In this document: in pieces, positions 1 through 9,984 of the stretch | Position numbering within the stretch: position 1 is the stretch's first letter | Layout: each line of letters opens with the position of its first letter | Virus record (IMG/VR): IMGVR_UViG_3300023174_000377 | Span: 1-36,513 of that record | DNA length: 36,513 bases | DNA from: a virus | Taxonomy: Duplodnaviria > Caudoviricetes | Strand: one strand, 5' to 3' | Program-made: the position numbers and the translations under genes | The notes under the pieces: model-generated | What the model was told of the DNA's origin: nothing | Databases searched by the model: none | Seen by the model: only the letters and a program-made list of their open reading frames with translations

Positions 1-20
1 CACGCGGTACTTACGCATAA
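1..20 (+). CDS. 3' end of upstream gene, probably the major tail (tube) protein; truncated by the window edge
   Basis: Reads ...RGTYA-stop directly upstream of the tail chaperone and tape measure genes. Call is from position only. Confidence 0.4.
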
Positions 21-77
21 TTAGATAGCAATACAACTTCATAAATCGTGACCAACCTAGTGTCCAAGGAGAAATAA

Positions 78-437
78 ATGAGTCTCAAAGAAACAATCTT
101 TAGTGCCGATGACATCACAAAGGAACTCGTAGAGGTTCCAGAGTGGGGAGTGAAAGTAGAAGTTCGCTCCATGACAGCGGCGGAACGCGCCAAGTTGGGT
201 GAGGGCGCATCTAAGGGCGACAAAACAGATGTCGGTCTTATGTACGCAATGACAGTTATTGCAACTGTCTATGACCCAGCAACAGGTTTACCAGTCTTTA
301 CTGACCAAGATAAAGAAGCCATCCTTTCTAAGAATGGCGCAGTAGTTGAGCGCCTTGCTACAAAGGCTCTCGGCTCATCTGGTCTTACAGCGGAGGCGGT
401 AGACGAAGCACAGGCACGATTTCCTGAAGAATCCTGA
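78..437 (+). CDS. Tail assembly chaperone (gpG-like)
   Basis: 119 aa, AGGAGA RBS, VEVPEWG..V.VR.MT..ER pattern, located just before the tape measure gene. Confidence 0.85.
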   Translation: MSLKETIFSADDITKELVEVPEWGVKVEVRSMTAAERAKLGEGASKGDKTDVGLMYAMTVIATVYDPATGLPVFTDQDKEAILSKNGAVVERLATKALGSSGLTAEAVDEAQARFPEES

Positions 438-615
438 GCGTAGATTTCTTTTCGAATTAGCAGAAAAGTTGGGTAGGTCGGTGGCTGAACTTCTTTACGG
501 GAGTCCAGCACACCGCCCCCTTACAAGTATGGAATTAACTGAGTGGACTGCGCTATGGACTCTCAAAGCAAAAGAGCAAGAGAAGGCAGAGCGTAGAGCG
601 AAAGCGAGGCGATAA
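421..615 (+). CDS. Tail assembly chaperone frameshift extension (gpT-like)
   Basis: Open +1 frame FLKNPERRFLFELAEKLGRSVAELL...ELTEWTALW...ARR-stop. Its TAA overlaps the tape measure ATG. No convincing start of its own. Confidence 0.7.
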   Translation, partial: FLKNPERRFLFELAEKLGRSVAELLYGSPAHRPLTSMELTEWTALWTLKAKEQEKAERRAKARR

Positions 616-3600
616 TGGCAGAGACTCCAACCATGGAAGTCCGCGCTCGGCTAACCGCTGAAACCGCACAATTTACAAATGGGATGCAAAGAGCAACCCA
701 GTCCATGAATCAATTCCAAAGCCAATCATCGCGCCTAAACAACGCCATGATTGGCGTAGGAGTTGTCGCTGGTATTGCTGGCGCTGGCGTTATCGCAATG
801 GGAACTAAAGCATTTATGGCGGCGGCTCGCGTTGATGAGTTGGATTATGCACTCAATGCCGTTGGGAAATCAACAAAGATGGGTTACAAAGCCCTACAGG
901 ATGAAGCCTTAGAAATTAAAGGCGTGGGCATTGAGATGGAAATTGCCCAAAAGTCTGTCCTCAAGTTCGCTCAAAATAACCTTGAACTCGGAAAAGCATC
1001 AGAAGTTGCAAGAATCGCCCAAGACTTAGCAATTATTAGTGGAGAGAACTCAACCGAGACTTACAACAGACTTACACACGCCGTTATTACAGGGCGAAGC
1101 GAAGTTCTGAAATCAGTCGGTATTCAAAAATCTGCTGGTCAAATGTATGAGGAATATGCTAAAAAGATAGGCATAGCCACATCCTCTATGACATTCCAGC
1201 AAAAACAAGCCGCAATTCTTGAGGGAGTAATTAAAGAAGGCGCAAATGTTTTTGGAACTTACGAAGCGGCAATGAAATCTCCTGGAAAACTATTGCGTTC
1301 TTTTGCTCGCTTACATAACGAGTTACAAGTTTCTGTTGGCGGGGTTCTCCTCAAGGCATTTGGACCAATAATTTACAGTCTCTATAACATGGAAAAGGCT
1401 TTAGCAAAGGCTTTTGATAAGAGCGAAGTTGTAAAAAATGTACTAGAAGCCTTTAGACGAGTTATGGTCAAACTAACTGCGCCAGTAAGTGATTTTGTAG
1501 ACAGACTTACTATGATGATTAAGGGATTAGACGGTGGAAATAGATACATCGGCTCAACTCTTGAGAATGTAAAAAAATTAACCCCAAGCGTAGAAACTAT
1601 GGCGGCAAAATTTGAAATGCTTTTGCCAGTTCTAGCGGCGGCTACTGCTGGGTTTGCTACTTTTGCTGGGCGTGGACTGCTCCAAAACTTACCAATCTTA
1701 GGAAATGTTCTTAGCAAACTATCTCCTTTGCCAGTTGCTCTTGTTGTATTGGCTCTTACATCAACTCAGGTAAGAAATGCTTTGGGTAATTTATTCAATG
1801 CTTTTAAGCCACTTTTACCAGTTTTAACATCTCTTGGAAAAATAGCATCTCAAGTAGGGGTTGTTGCAGTAGCGGTTCTTGCTAAGGCTATCAATATGCT
1901 TGCTGGAGCAATTAGTTTTGTTATTGGTTTTGTTCAAAGAAACATCACAACTTTTAAGACATTGGGCGCTGTTCTGGCTGGACTTTTAACGGTTTTTCTC
2001 ATCTATAAGGCTTACCTTTTAGCAGTAGCAATACAGTCTGCCGTGTTTACAGCATATACAGCGGCTATGACTTTTGTAATGATTGATGCGGCTGGGGCTA
2101 TGACAGCATTTAACACAGTTATGGCTAATAACCCAATGCTTAGAGTTATTGCGATTATCATTGCTTTAATTACAGCGTTTACAATTTTGATGAAAACAAA
2201 CGAAGGTTTTGCCGAAGTAGTTAAAAAAGTATTTAATTTTGTGATGCAAGTTATTATTGGTGCTTTTGCTGAAATTGTTAAAGATGTGGGATATGTTGTA
2301 CAAGGATTTGGTTTTTTAATAAAAATATTAGGTTTTGTTGCAGAAGTAGTCGCAAAAGTATTTGAGTTTATTATTGATGTCATTCTTACTTATTACCAAT
2401 CCCAACTTAAGGTAATAAAGTTTATTATAGATGGAATTATTAAATTAGTTAATGGTTTTAATTTTCTATTAGAAGGTGCAAGGGGTGTATTTCTTGCAGT
2501 AGTAGAAGTGATTGCCAAGGCTGGCGGTAAAATATTTGAAATATTTGAAAAGATTGCTGAGGGCATTGGCTCATTTTTAGGCTCCTCGTTTGATGCTTTG
2601 ACTGGGTGGGTTCGCGGTCTTGCTAATCTATTAGGTTTTATTCCTGGACTTTCCAGAACAGTAAATGGGGCTTTGGACTCAGTAAGGGCTGGAATCGTAG
2701 CCCTACCAACTAAAATAGTTGGTTTAGGTAAAGATGCTTTTAACGGACTCATTGAAGGCGCAAAAAAGGCTATAGATGGAGTTACAGGAATTGGTTCTGG
2801 AATTGAAAAAGGTCTTGAAAAAACATCTGGCGCTGTTGTAAAATTGATTGATGGTATTCAAGTTGTAAAAGACTTTGACTTTGCACGAACAGTTGGAAAC
2901 TTTATTAACGGAATTGGTGATAAGGCTGATAAGGCTGGAACATTCCTAATTGGTCTTTCTGCAACCATGATGGAATTTGCAGATAACACAGATTTTTCTG
3001 CGGCAGTTGGAAACGGTATTGAAGGTTTCATTAACAAAATTAAAGACAGCCTTAAAGAAGGTCTTGGTTTTGGCGATGTTTTGGCTGAAGAAAAGAAAAA
3101 ATATAACGATGCTCAGAATAAAGATAATGCGGGAGAAAAAGCCGCGGAAGATGCGGCTAAAGCGGCTGAGCGTATGAAGGCTGTTCGTGAGTCTATGCAA
3201 GCAGGAATTGAGTCAATTAAGGGTGTCCTTGATGACCTACGCAATGCCTCTGCTGATTTTGCAAATAGTCTAAAAGACACAATCATGGGCTTTGCTGGTC
3301 TCAAAAGTATTGAGTTGCCAGACGGATTTATTCCAAAGGCTAAGTCTCTTATTGAGAATATGCGCCAGCGCCTTGATAAGAGCAATCAGTTCGCTCAACA
3401 AATTGCAACATTACAAAGCCAAGGTCTTGATGCTAGTGCGCTAAAAGACATTATTGAGGCTGGACCGATTAAGGGCGCTCAACTGGCGGCATCAATCCTA
3501 GGTGGAAATGCAAAAGAAAATATTGCTCAGATTAACTCTTTGCAAAAGGCTATTTCCTTTACAGGTGCGGCAATTGGTCAATACGGAGCAGATGCGGCAT

Positions 3601-3821
3601 TTAGCGGCTTGATTAGTAATGCTCAGACTCAACTTGCCCGTGTTACCGAGGCTGACCTTTCTTCAAAAATGTCAGGCACCAATCAGTTCATCCAGCAAGG
3701 CGCTTTCCAAGTTGTTGTTAATACTTCAGGTGCCAAGAACACCGAAGAAGAAATCAAGATGATTACCGATAAGATTGAGCAAACATTTGCAATCTTGGCT
3801 AAGGAATTGGCGGCTAAATAA
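615..3821 (+). CDS. Tail tape measure protein
   Basis: 1068 aa, helical and Ala/Gly/Ile-rich with hydrophobic repeats; follows the tail chaperones. Confidence 0.95.
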   Translation: MAETPTMEVRARLTAETAQFTNGMQRATQSMNQFQSQSSRLNNAMIGVGVVAGIAGAGVIAMGTKAFMAAARVDELDYALNAVGKSTKMGYKALQDEALEIKGVGIEMEIAQKSVLKFAQNNLELGKASEVARIAQDLAIISGENSTETYNRLTHAVITGRSEVLKSVGIQKSAGQMYEEYAKKIGIATSSMTFQQKQAAILEGVIKEGANVFGTYEAAMKSPGKLLRSFARLHNELQVSVGGVLLKAFGPIIYSLYNMEKALAKAFDKSEVVKNVLEAFRRVMVKLTAPVSDFVDRLTMMIKGLDGGNRYIGSTLENVKKLTPSVETMAAKFEMLLPVLAAATAGFATFAGRGLLQNLPILGNVLSKLSPLPVALVVLALTSTQVRNALGNLFNAFKPLLPVLTSLGKIASQVGVVAVAVLAKAINMLAGAISFVIGFVQRNITTFKTLGAVLAGLLTVFLIYKAYLLAVAIQSAVFTAYTAAMTFVMIDAAGAMTAFNTVMANNPMLRVIAIIIALITAFTILMKTNEGFAEVVKKVFNFVMQVIIGAFAEIVKDVGYVVQGFGFLIKILGFVAEVVAKVFEFIIDVILTYYQSQLKVIKFIIDGIIKLVNGFNFLLEGARGVFLAVVEVIAKAGGKIFEIFEKIAEGIGSFLGSSFDALTGWVRGLANLLGFIPGLSRTVNGALDSVRAGIVALPTKIVGLGKDAFNGLIEGAKKAIDGVTGIGSGIEKGLEKTSGAVVKLIDGIQVVKDFDFARTVGNFINGIGDKADKAGTFLIGLSATMMEFADNTDFSAAVGNGIEGFINKIKDSLKEGLGFGDVLAEEKKKYNDAQNKDNAGEKAAEDAAKAAERMKAVRESMQAGIESIKGVLDDLRNASADFANSLKDTIMGFAGLKSIELPDGFIPKAKSLIENMRQRLDKSNQFAQQIATLQSQGLDASALKDIIEAGPIKGAQLAASILGGNAKENIAQINSLQKAISFTGAAIGQYGADAAFSGLISNAQTQLARVTEADLSSKMSGTNQFIQQGAFQVVVNTSGAKNTEEEIKMITDKIEQTFAILAKELAAK

Positions 3822-5839
3822 TGGCTGAATATACACTTTACCCAAACGCTAACTGGAATGGCGATACTTTATTTACAGGTACAGGCGGCGCTGATTATGC
3901 GGTCTTAGCAGACAACAGCGATGGTACTTACTTACAGCGCACAAGTACAACTGTTCCTGCCTCCTACGAGGCTGAGTTCGAAACTACAACATTATCGGCT
4001 GACGAGACAATTACATCAATAAATCTTTTTGCCAGAATCGCATCGTTAGCGGCTGATTCCCTTGCTCAGTTTAGCCTTGGAGTAATTACAGACCGTAATG
4101 GTAAAACTGTTTATTATGGCATCCCAGTTTCAAAGCAAGGCATAGTTACAGCAACCACTTATGACTTAGGTATCAAATTAACAAGCGCTCCAAACGGTGC
4201 CTCATGGACACAGACACTTCTTGATAATTTAGTAGTAAAATTTACCGATGGCGCTACAGGCTCAACAGTTACTCCTCCAAGTCCAACAAACCGAACTACT
4301 CTTTACAAACTTTATGCAGTAGTAACAACGGCTCCACGCCCAACACTTACGGTTACTGCCCCTACTGGAACAATCACGGACACATCTTTCCCTTCAGTTA
4401 CATGGACTCCAGTATTTTCTGACGGCAGCCCTCAATCTGCCTACGAAATCAAAATCTTTGACTCCACCACTTATGGCGGGGCAACTTTTAGCCCTAATAC
4501 ATCAACCCCAATTATCGCTACTGGGATTGTTACCGATTCATCCAGCCGAGGTGCAACACTTGAAGGTGACCTTGCAAATAGCACTACCTACCGAGCCTAT
4601 GTTCGAGTTGCTTCGCTCGTCAATGGTCTAAATTACTTTAGCGATTGGGCATTTTCACAATTTGCTCTTGCAATTGATTCACCTGCCACTCCTACAGTAT
4701 CGGCTTTCTATGATTCAACTTCGGGCGCAGTCACGGTAACAATTTTTGGTCGTACCAACGCCATGACTGAAAACCAAGCCTCTTTAGAAACAAATACAGA
4801 TGGATGGGTTGCTGTCACAAACTGCTCCATCTCTCGCAGTACAGCGCAGTATTCAAGCGGTGCGGCTTCCCTTGCAGTTCTCTCTGGCTCCGCTGGAGAC
4901 ATGACTGCATCAACTACTACGGCTACTAAGTTCGCAGTAACGGCTAACAACAAGTTTTCGGCTACCGCTGAGTTCAGGGCTGGAACCACGGCGCGTTCTT
5001 GCTCTGTCGGAATCATCTGGCTCAACACAAGCGGAACTGCAATTTCGACAGTTTTTGGAACAGCAGAAAATGATTCATCTAGTGCATGGAATGAGTGCAA
5101 TGTATCTGCAACGGCTCCAGCAACAGCGACTCATGCTCAAGTAATTGTAAAGATTGCAAGTGCTGGCTCGGGCGAGACTCATTTTGTGGACAAGATTGCT
5201 TTTCACGCTGGAGATAACCCTTTTTGGACACGCGGCGGATTTGGTACTTTCTCATTTGTTGTCGAGCGCTCACAAGATGCTGGGGTCACATTTGAAACAG
5301 TTCGCAACAGCCCAGTAACGGCATCCGCATCACAGATTGCCACCTTGGATGATTATGAAGTTCCTCTTGATACAACCGTAATTTATCGTGCAAAAGCGAG
5401 GGCTAAAATCGCTTTAACTATTCTTTCATCTGGTTTTGTATCTACAGAGCCAATTCAGATTACAAATCCTGGGGTCTGGTCATTTACGGCTATCGAAAGC
5501 CCAACCATCAAGGTTCGCTCCCTTCGAGTTCAACAACCTTTGAATTCACAAATTGTGGAGTCTTACGGACAATTCAAACCTCTTGGAGCATCAAAAACAA
5601 TTGTTATTGCTACTAGCATTTATGGAATAGATGGCTCGTATGAGTTCACCACGCAAGGAAAAACTGAGTGGGATGCACTTTATCCAGTTCTTACATATCA
5701 AGGTGTTCTCCATGTGCATGACCCGCTAGGTCGTCAAAAGTATGTTCGTTTTGTGGATAGAACTTGGACTGAAATCGGACCAATTGGAAACCTCATCCGT
5801 AATGCCAAGGTCAATTACTTTGAGGTAGGCGCTCCATAA
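3821..5839 (+). CDS. Minor tail protein (distal tail-like) with Ig/FN3-like and carbohydrate-binding-like modules
   Basis: 672 aa, Thr/Ser-rich beta protein directly after the tape measure gene. Segment NQASLE...W...SG.ASL...W...V.ATAP..A..A.V resembles CBM4/9; LDDYEVPL..YRA motif. Confidence 0.75.
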   Translation: MAEYTLYPNANWNGDTLFTGTGGADYAVLADNSDGTYLQRTSTTVPASYEAEFETTTLSADETITSINLFARIASLAADSLAQFSLGVITDRNGKTVYYGIPVSKQGIVTATTYDLGIKLTSAPNGASWTQTLLDNLVVKFTDGATGSTVTPPSPTNRTTLYKLYAVVTTAPRPTLTVTAPTGTITDTSFPSVTWTPVFSDGSPQSAYEIKIFDSTTYGGATFSPNTSTPIIATGIVTDSSSRGATLEGDLANSTTYRAYVRVASLVNGLNYFSDWAFSQFALAIDSPATPTVSAFYDSTSGAVTVTIFGRTNAMTENQASLETNTDGWVAVTNCSISRSTAQYSSGAASLAVLSGSAGDMTASTTTATKFAVTANNKFSATAEFRAGTTARSCSVGIIWLNTSGTAISTVFGTAENDSSSAWNECNVSATAPATATHAQVIVKIASAGSGETHFVDKIAFHAGDNPFWTRGGFGTFSFVVERSQDAGVTFETVRNSPVTASASQIATLDDYEVPLDTTVIYRAKARAKIALTILSSGFVSTEPIQITNPGVWSFTAIESPTIKVRSLRVQQPLNSQIVESYGQFKPLGASKTIVIATSIYGIDGSYEFTTQGKTEWDALYPVLTYQGVLHVHDPLGRQKYVRFVDRTWTEIGPIGNLIRNAKVNYFEVGAP

Positions 5840-6957
5840 TGTATCCCGTAACTGACACATTCCTTTCGTCAGTTCGAAAGTCACACATATCTAAAATAAA
5901 GGTAGAGATTTACGATACGGCTAATGGAAAAATTTTGAGTACGGTATCTCCCATCGGTGGAGAAGTGACGATTGATAGTCGCCGTTCTGTCCGTAGGCAA
6001 TGCTCTCTTGAGTTCGTAGATAGCGATGGAACCCTTGTCCCCACTAATAATCGCTCAGCAGTCCTTTTGCCCTATAACCGTGAAGTAAAGATTTATCGAG
6101 GAATCCAGTACCAAGATGGAACCGAGGAATTAGTTCCGTTGGGTGTTTTTCAACTTACAACCGTTGAAGTCTCAGATAGCCCTCAAGGTGTCAAGATTGC
6201 AGTTCAAGGCTCAGATAGAAGCCTTCGGGTAGCAAAGGCTAAATTTACAAATCATAGTTTTTATATTGAGGATGCGACTCCAAAAGAAACAGCAATTGCT
6301 CAAATTCTCAAAGACCGATACCCAAATGTAAAAACAGATTTTCCAGCCACGGGTCAGGTAACCACTATTATCTATCCGTCTCTTGACCAGTCCTCTGACC
6401 CTTGGAGAGAATGTCTCAAGATTGCTGAGTCGGCTGGCATGGATTTGTACTTTGATGAAAATGGCACGGCTCGCATGAGACCAATCCCAGACCCAGATTT
6501 AGGTAAGGCTCTAGTTGAGTACACAGACGGCGAGGATTCAGTTCTAACCCAATTGGGTCGCAACCTATCCAGCGATGAGTCCTATAACCATGTTATCTAC
6601 ACGGGCGAAGGAACAAACCTGACCATCGGAGTTATCGGTGAGGCTTTTGACGATAATCCATCCAGCCCTACCTATGTGACTACCTATGGCTCGGTTCCCT
6701 TATTCAAATCATCTCCCAATATCCTGACAGTTGCCGAGGCTACGGAAGCGGCTCGCGCTGAGTTGAAAAAGGTTATTGGAGCATCTGAAAAAATTACTTG
6801 GGACCAAATTGTGAATCCAGCCCACGATGTTTATGACTTGGTGAAGATTGTGCGCTCGGCATCTGGAGTCAATTCCACTTTGATGCTTGATGCAATTAGT
6901 ATCCCCCTTGCAGCAACATCTACAATGAACGCCATCGGCAGAAGTAGGAGATTCTAA
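5839..6957 (+). CDS. Minor tail / baseplate hub protein (actinophage DUF5047-like)
   Basis: 372 aa, G.VTIDS...VRR.C and ELVPLGVF motifs typical of actinophage minor tail proteins. Confidence 0.75.
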   Translation: MYPVTDTFLSSVRKSHISKIKVEIYDTANGKILSTVSPIGGEVTIDSRRSVRRQCSLEFVDSDGTLVPTNNRSAVLLPYNREVKIYRGIQYQDGTEELVPLGVFQLTTVEVSDSPQGVKIAVQGSDRSLRVAKAKFTNHSFYIEDATPKETAIAQILKDRYPNVKTDFPATGQVTTIIYPSLDQSSDPWRECLKIAESAGMDLYFDENGTARMRPIPDPDLGKALVEYTDGEDSVLTQLGRNLSSDESYNHVIYTGEGTNLTIGVIGEAFDDNPSSPTYVTTYGSVPLFKSSPNILTVAEATEAARAELKKVIGASEKITWDQIVNPAHDVYDLVKIVRSASGVNSTLMLDAISIPLAATSTMNAIGRSRRF

Positions 6958-7202
6958 TGGACTTGAGTTACCTAGTAAATCAAATCAAGGGTACGGATAC
7001 CTTCCCAACTCTCAGGCTCCGTCAGGCTTATGTGGTTGCCCTGCATAACAGTCCAAAAAGAGTGGATATTCAAATAGCAGGAGATACAAATACCTTACCT
7101 TCCGTCAAATATATGCACAGTTACGCGCCACAAGTGGGGGATACCGTTTTTATCCTGACAAATGGCGCTGATGTTTTATGTCTTGGCGATTTAGCATCAT
7201 AA
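6957..7202 (+). CDS. Small tail tip / baseplate protein
   Basis: 81 aa with SYAPQVGDTV motif; last gene of the tail operon. Confidence 0.6.
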   Translation: MDLSYLVNQIKGTDTFPTLRLRQAYVVALHNSPKRVDIQIAGDTNTLPSVKYMHSYAPQVGDTVFILTNGADVLCLGDLAS

Positions 7203-7257
7203 CCTTGGTTGATATACTGATAGGTTATTATTTATACATCTAGTAGAGGAGTTCACA

Positions 7258-7548
7258 ATGAACGCACAGCAAAAGGCAATGCTCGCATCTTATGGTCGCT
7301 CATTCTTAGCGGCAGTCACAGCAACTTTCATGGCAACAGGGGGAGACCTGTTTGCTCTTGATGCAGACACAGCCAAGGCAATTTTGGCTTCAGGTATCGC
7401 GGCAGTTCTTCCAGTAGCACTTCGCTACATCAATAAGCAAGACCCAATGTTCGGCAGAATTGCTGAAGTTGTAGCGGCTGAGGGAATGAAGAAACTCACC
7501 AAGAAGTCACCTGCTAAAAAAGCAGTTGCAAAGAAGTCGGCAAAGTAA
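7258..7548 (+). CDS. Putative holin
   Basis: Two hydrophobic segments and a Lys-rich tail; coupled to the endolysin; GAGGAG RBS. Confidence 0.65.
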   Translation: MNAQQKAMLASYGRSFLAAVTATFMATGGDLFALDADTAKAILASGIAAVLPVALRYINKQDPMFGRIAEVVAAEGMKKLTKKSPAKKAVAKKSAK

Positions 7549-8054
7549 TGGCAGAGAAAGGCTCAGTTGAACTTTTCCTTCAAACCGCTTTCAAAGAAAT
7601 TGGAACGATTGAAGGTCCAAAGGAAAATGAGACTAAGTACGGCGCATACACAAAGGCTAACTTTTTGCCTTGGTGCGGAAGTTTCGTTATGTGGTGCGGC
7701 TTCGAAAGTGGCGTAAAAATTGTAAACACAGTTTCAACTCTGGCTGGCGCTGCCGCATATAAAAAGGCTAACGCTTGGGAGGATGCAGAAACGGCAACTC
7801 CTCAGCCTGGAGATATAGCCTATTTTGATTTTCCGATGGATGGGGTCAATCGGATTTCTCATGTGGGGATTGTTTTGAAAGATAATGGTGACGGAACAGT
7901 TACCTGTATCGAAGGAAATACCAGCCCAGACAAGAAAGGTGACCAGCGAAACGGTGGACAAGTTGCCAAGAAGGTTCGCGCTTACAAAAAGAGCGCAAAA
8001 AAAGGATTACCTCTTGCAGTTGTCGGCTTTGGTCGCCCTAAGTTCAAAGGATAA
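7548..8054 (+). CDS. Endolysin, CHAP-domain amidase/peptidase
   Basis: PWCGSFV (catalytic Cys), PGDIAYF, SHVGIV (catalytic His), IEGNT motifs. Confidence 0.9.
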   Translation: MAEKGSVELFLQTAFKEIGTIEGPKENETKYGAYTKANFLPWCGSFVMWCGFESGVKIVNTVSTLAGAAAYKKANAWEDAETATPQPGDIAYFDFPMDGVNRISHVGIVLKDNGDGTVTCIEGNTSPDKKGDQRNGGQVAKKVRAYKKSAKKGLPLAVVGFGRPKFKG

Positions 8055-8056
8055 TC

Positions 8057-8335
8057 ATGGCAGAACACGAACCAACCCTCGGGGAAATCATGCGTAGGCT
8101 TGATGACCTAACCACAGAAGTTAAGCAAATCAATAGCAATATTGGTGAGACTTATGTTCGCCGTGATGTCTACTCATCTGATTCGGCTCGCTTTCAACAG
8201 GCGATGGAAACAATTACCGACAGAGTTGAAAAGATGGAATCTCGCTCGGAGTGGGTAGTTCGTACCGTTGGCGCTTTAATCATTACTGCAATTGTCGGTG
8301 GCTCCATCTATGTTGGGCAAATCATCGGCTTGTAG
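8057..8335 (+). CDS. Lysis-module membrane protein (coiled coil plus C-terminal TM helix)
   Basis: 92 aa with one C-terminal hydrophobic helix; follows the endolysin. Confidence 0.6.
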   Translation: MAEHEPTLGEIMRRLDDLTTEVKQINSNIGETYVRRDVYSSDSARFQQAMETITDRVEKMESRSEWVVRTVGALIITAIVGGSIYVGQIIGL

Positions 8336-8338
8336 GAT

Positions 8339-8368
8339 TTGACATACCCAACTGGGGGTGTGTATCCT
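8339..8368 (+). promoter_or_regulatory. Sigma70/SigA-type promoter of the recombination-replication operon
   Basis: TTGACA-N18-TATCCT; the spacer contains ACTGGGGGT, a variant of the repeated box. Confidence 0.6.
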
Positions 8369-8389
8369 CTCGCTAATGAGAGGAGCAAT

Positions 8390-8932
8390 ATGACAACGCA
8401 ACCAGAAATAAATGAGTTCGACAATCCCGCTGTATCTTCAATCGCATCGGAAAATGAGGGGTTTGTAGTTGATACAGACCAAAAGGCTGATTGGGCAATT
8501 CGCAAATTGGCAGTCATTCGGCGTAAGCAAGCCGAGAACAAGGCTATCTATGATGCAGAGGTTATTCGCATCACGGAATGGCTTTCAACGGTCAATACGA
8601 CCCTAGACCGAGATGCCCTGTACTTTGAGGCAGTCCTAACCCCATACGCGCTCCTACAGCGCTCTGAAGGTCGCAAAACAGTAAATTTGCCCCACGGCAC
8701 ACTCAAGACTACGGCTGGTCAGCCACATATTGAGTTCAACGATGAATCTAAATTTATTGAATGGGCAAAGGTCAATGACCCAGCACTTCTAAGAATCAAA
8801 ACTGACATAGACAAATCTGCCTTAAAGGCTTTGATTACTGAAGAAGGTGTAGTAATATCAACCCAAGGTGAAATTATCCCAGAAGTAACGGTTGTTCCAG
8901 CCGAAACTTCAGTCAAATTCGTAACCGAGTAG
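8390..8932 (+). CDS. Mu Gam-like host-nuclease inhibitor
   Basis: ADWAIRKL coiled coil, KTVNLPHGTL and IDKSALK motifs; ATG at 8390 follows GAGGAG. Confidence 0.75.
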   Translation: MTTQPEINEFDNPAVSSIASENEGFVVDTDQKADWAIRKLAVIRRKQAENKAIYDAEVIRITEWLSTVNTTLDRDALYFEAVLTPYALLQRSEGRKTVNLPHGTLKTTAGQPHIEFNDESKFIEWAKVNDPALLRIKTDIDKSALKALITEEGVVISTQGEIIPEVTVVPAETSVKFVTE

Positions 8933-8944
8933 AGAGAGAATCAA

Positions 8945-9619
8945 ATGCCAGAAACCAAAACACTATCAATTGCCCAAGCCCTAAATGAAGTAATGAAGGA
9001 AGTTGGAGCAGTTAAGAAGAATGACCGCAACGCATCCCAAGGATTTAATTTCCGTGGCATTGATGCAGTTGTAAATGCAGTATCACCTGCACTTCAAAAG
9101 TACGGCGTCATTGTTGTGCCATCAGTTGAGGATTATGAATACGCATCAGTTGAAATCGGCAAAAATCGCACCGTCATGGGACATGTGAAAATAAAAGTGA
9201 CCTACACCTTCATTGGTGCTGGTGGAGATTCAATTAAAGCCACGGTGGTAGGTGAGGCAATGGACTCGGGAGATAAGGCAACGGCAAAAGCAATGTCTGT
9301 CGCATTTCGTACCGCCCTCCTCCAAACGCTATCTTTACCGACAGACGAGGCTGACCCAGACAGTCAGACTTACGAACGCTCAGAAAAGGTCGTAGTGGAC
9401 ACCACAGCGCTTGCCAAGGCTATTGCTGAAGCATCTGAGTTGGAAACTCTTGCAAAGTTAGGTTCCTACATCACAAAGTACAAAGACTCAATTGAGCCAG
9501 CGATTCTTGAGACTCTAAGAATTTCATTCAAGGAGGCTCAGACCCGTATTGGCACTTCTCCAGTAGTTGAAACTTCAACCATCAAGGAGGCAAGCGATGA
9601 CACAATTAGCGTTTCCTGA
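8945..9619 (+). CDS. erf: ERF-family ssDNA annealing protein (recombinase)
   Basis: VKK..RN..QGFNFRGIDAV and GEAMDSGDKATAKAMS..DPD motifs. Confidence 0.85.
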   Translation: MPETKTLSIAQALNEVMKEVGAVKKNDRNASQGFNFRGIDAVVNAVSPALQKYGVIVVPSVEDYEYASVEIGKNRTVMGHVKIKVTYTFIGAGGDSIKATVVGEAMDSGDKATAKAMSVAFRTALLQTLSLPTDEADPDSQTYERSEKVVVDTTALAKAIAEASELETLAKLGSYITKYKDSIEPAILETLRISFKEAQTRIGTSPVVETSTIKEASDDTISVS

Positions 9620-9968
9620 AGTTCCCTACAACGGAACATCGGGATGGTCTGGAACTCAATCGTCTGAGGAGCGAGCATTGCGAGAAGATTCAGACGGTAC
9701 AACTACGCAACGACAAATGGCAGCGCTCACTTATCTTGCCAAGCGGGGAAGATACGGAGTGACATGGAAAGAACTGGGAGATGCCTTTGGAATTCACCAT
9801 GGCTCAGCATCGGGTGTATTGTCCGTACTCCATAAAACTGAACACCTTGCCCGATTGACAGAGGTACGGGATAAGTGCAAAGTTTATGTGTTACCCGAGT
9901 TCGTAGACAACAGACCGACTGAATTTCAAAAGCAAAAATCATGTCCTAATTGTGGACATCACTTCTAA
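9597..9968 (+). CDS. Winged-HTH DNA-binding protein with C-terminal CxxC
   Basis: GVTWKELG....HHGSASGVLS.L HTH-like segment and CPNCG; GGAGG RBS. Confidence 0.55.
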   Translation: MTQLAFPEVPYNGTSGWSGTQSSEERALREDSDGTTTQRQMAALTYLAKRGRYGVTWKELGDAFGIHHGSASGVLSVLHKTEHLARLTEVRDKCKVYVLPEFVDNRPTEFQKQKSCPNCGHHF

Positions 9969-9984
9969 ATCTTGAGGAGAGAGA

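Noticed and set aside
1382-6563. Minus-strand ORFs inside tail genes, and similar ones in terL, portal and MuF
   Set aside because: Antisense shadows of long genes, with no RBS or recognisable motifs.
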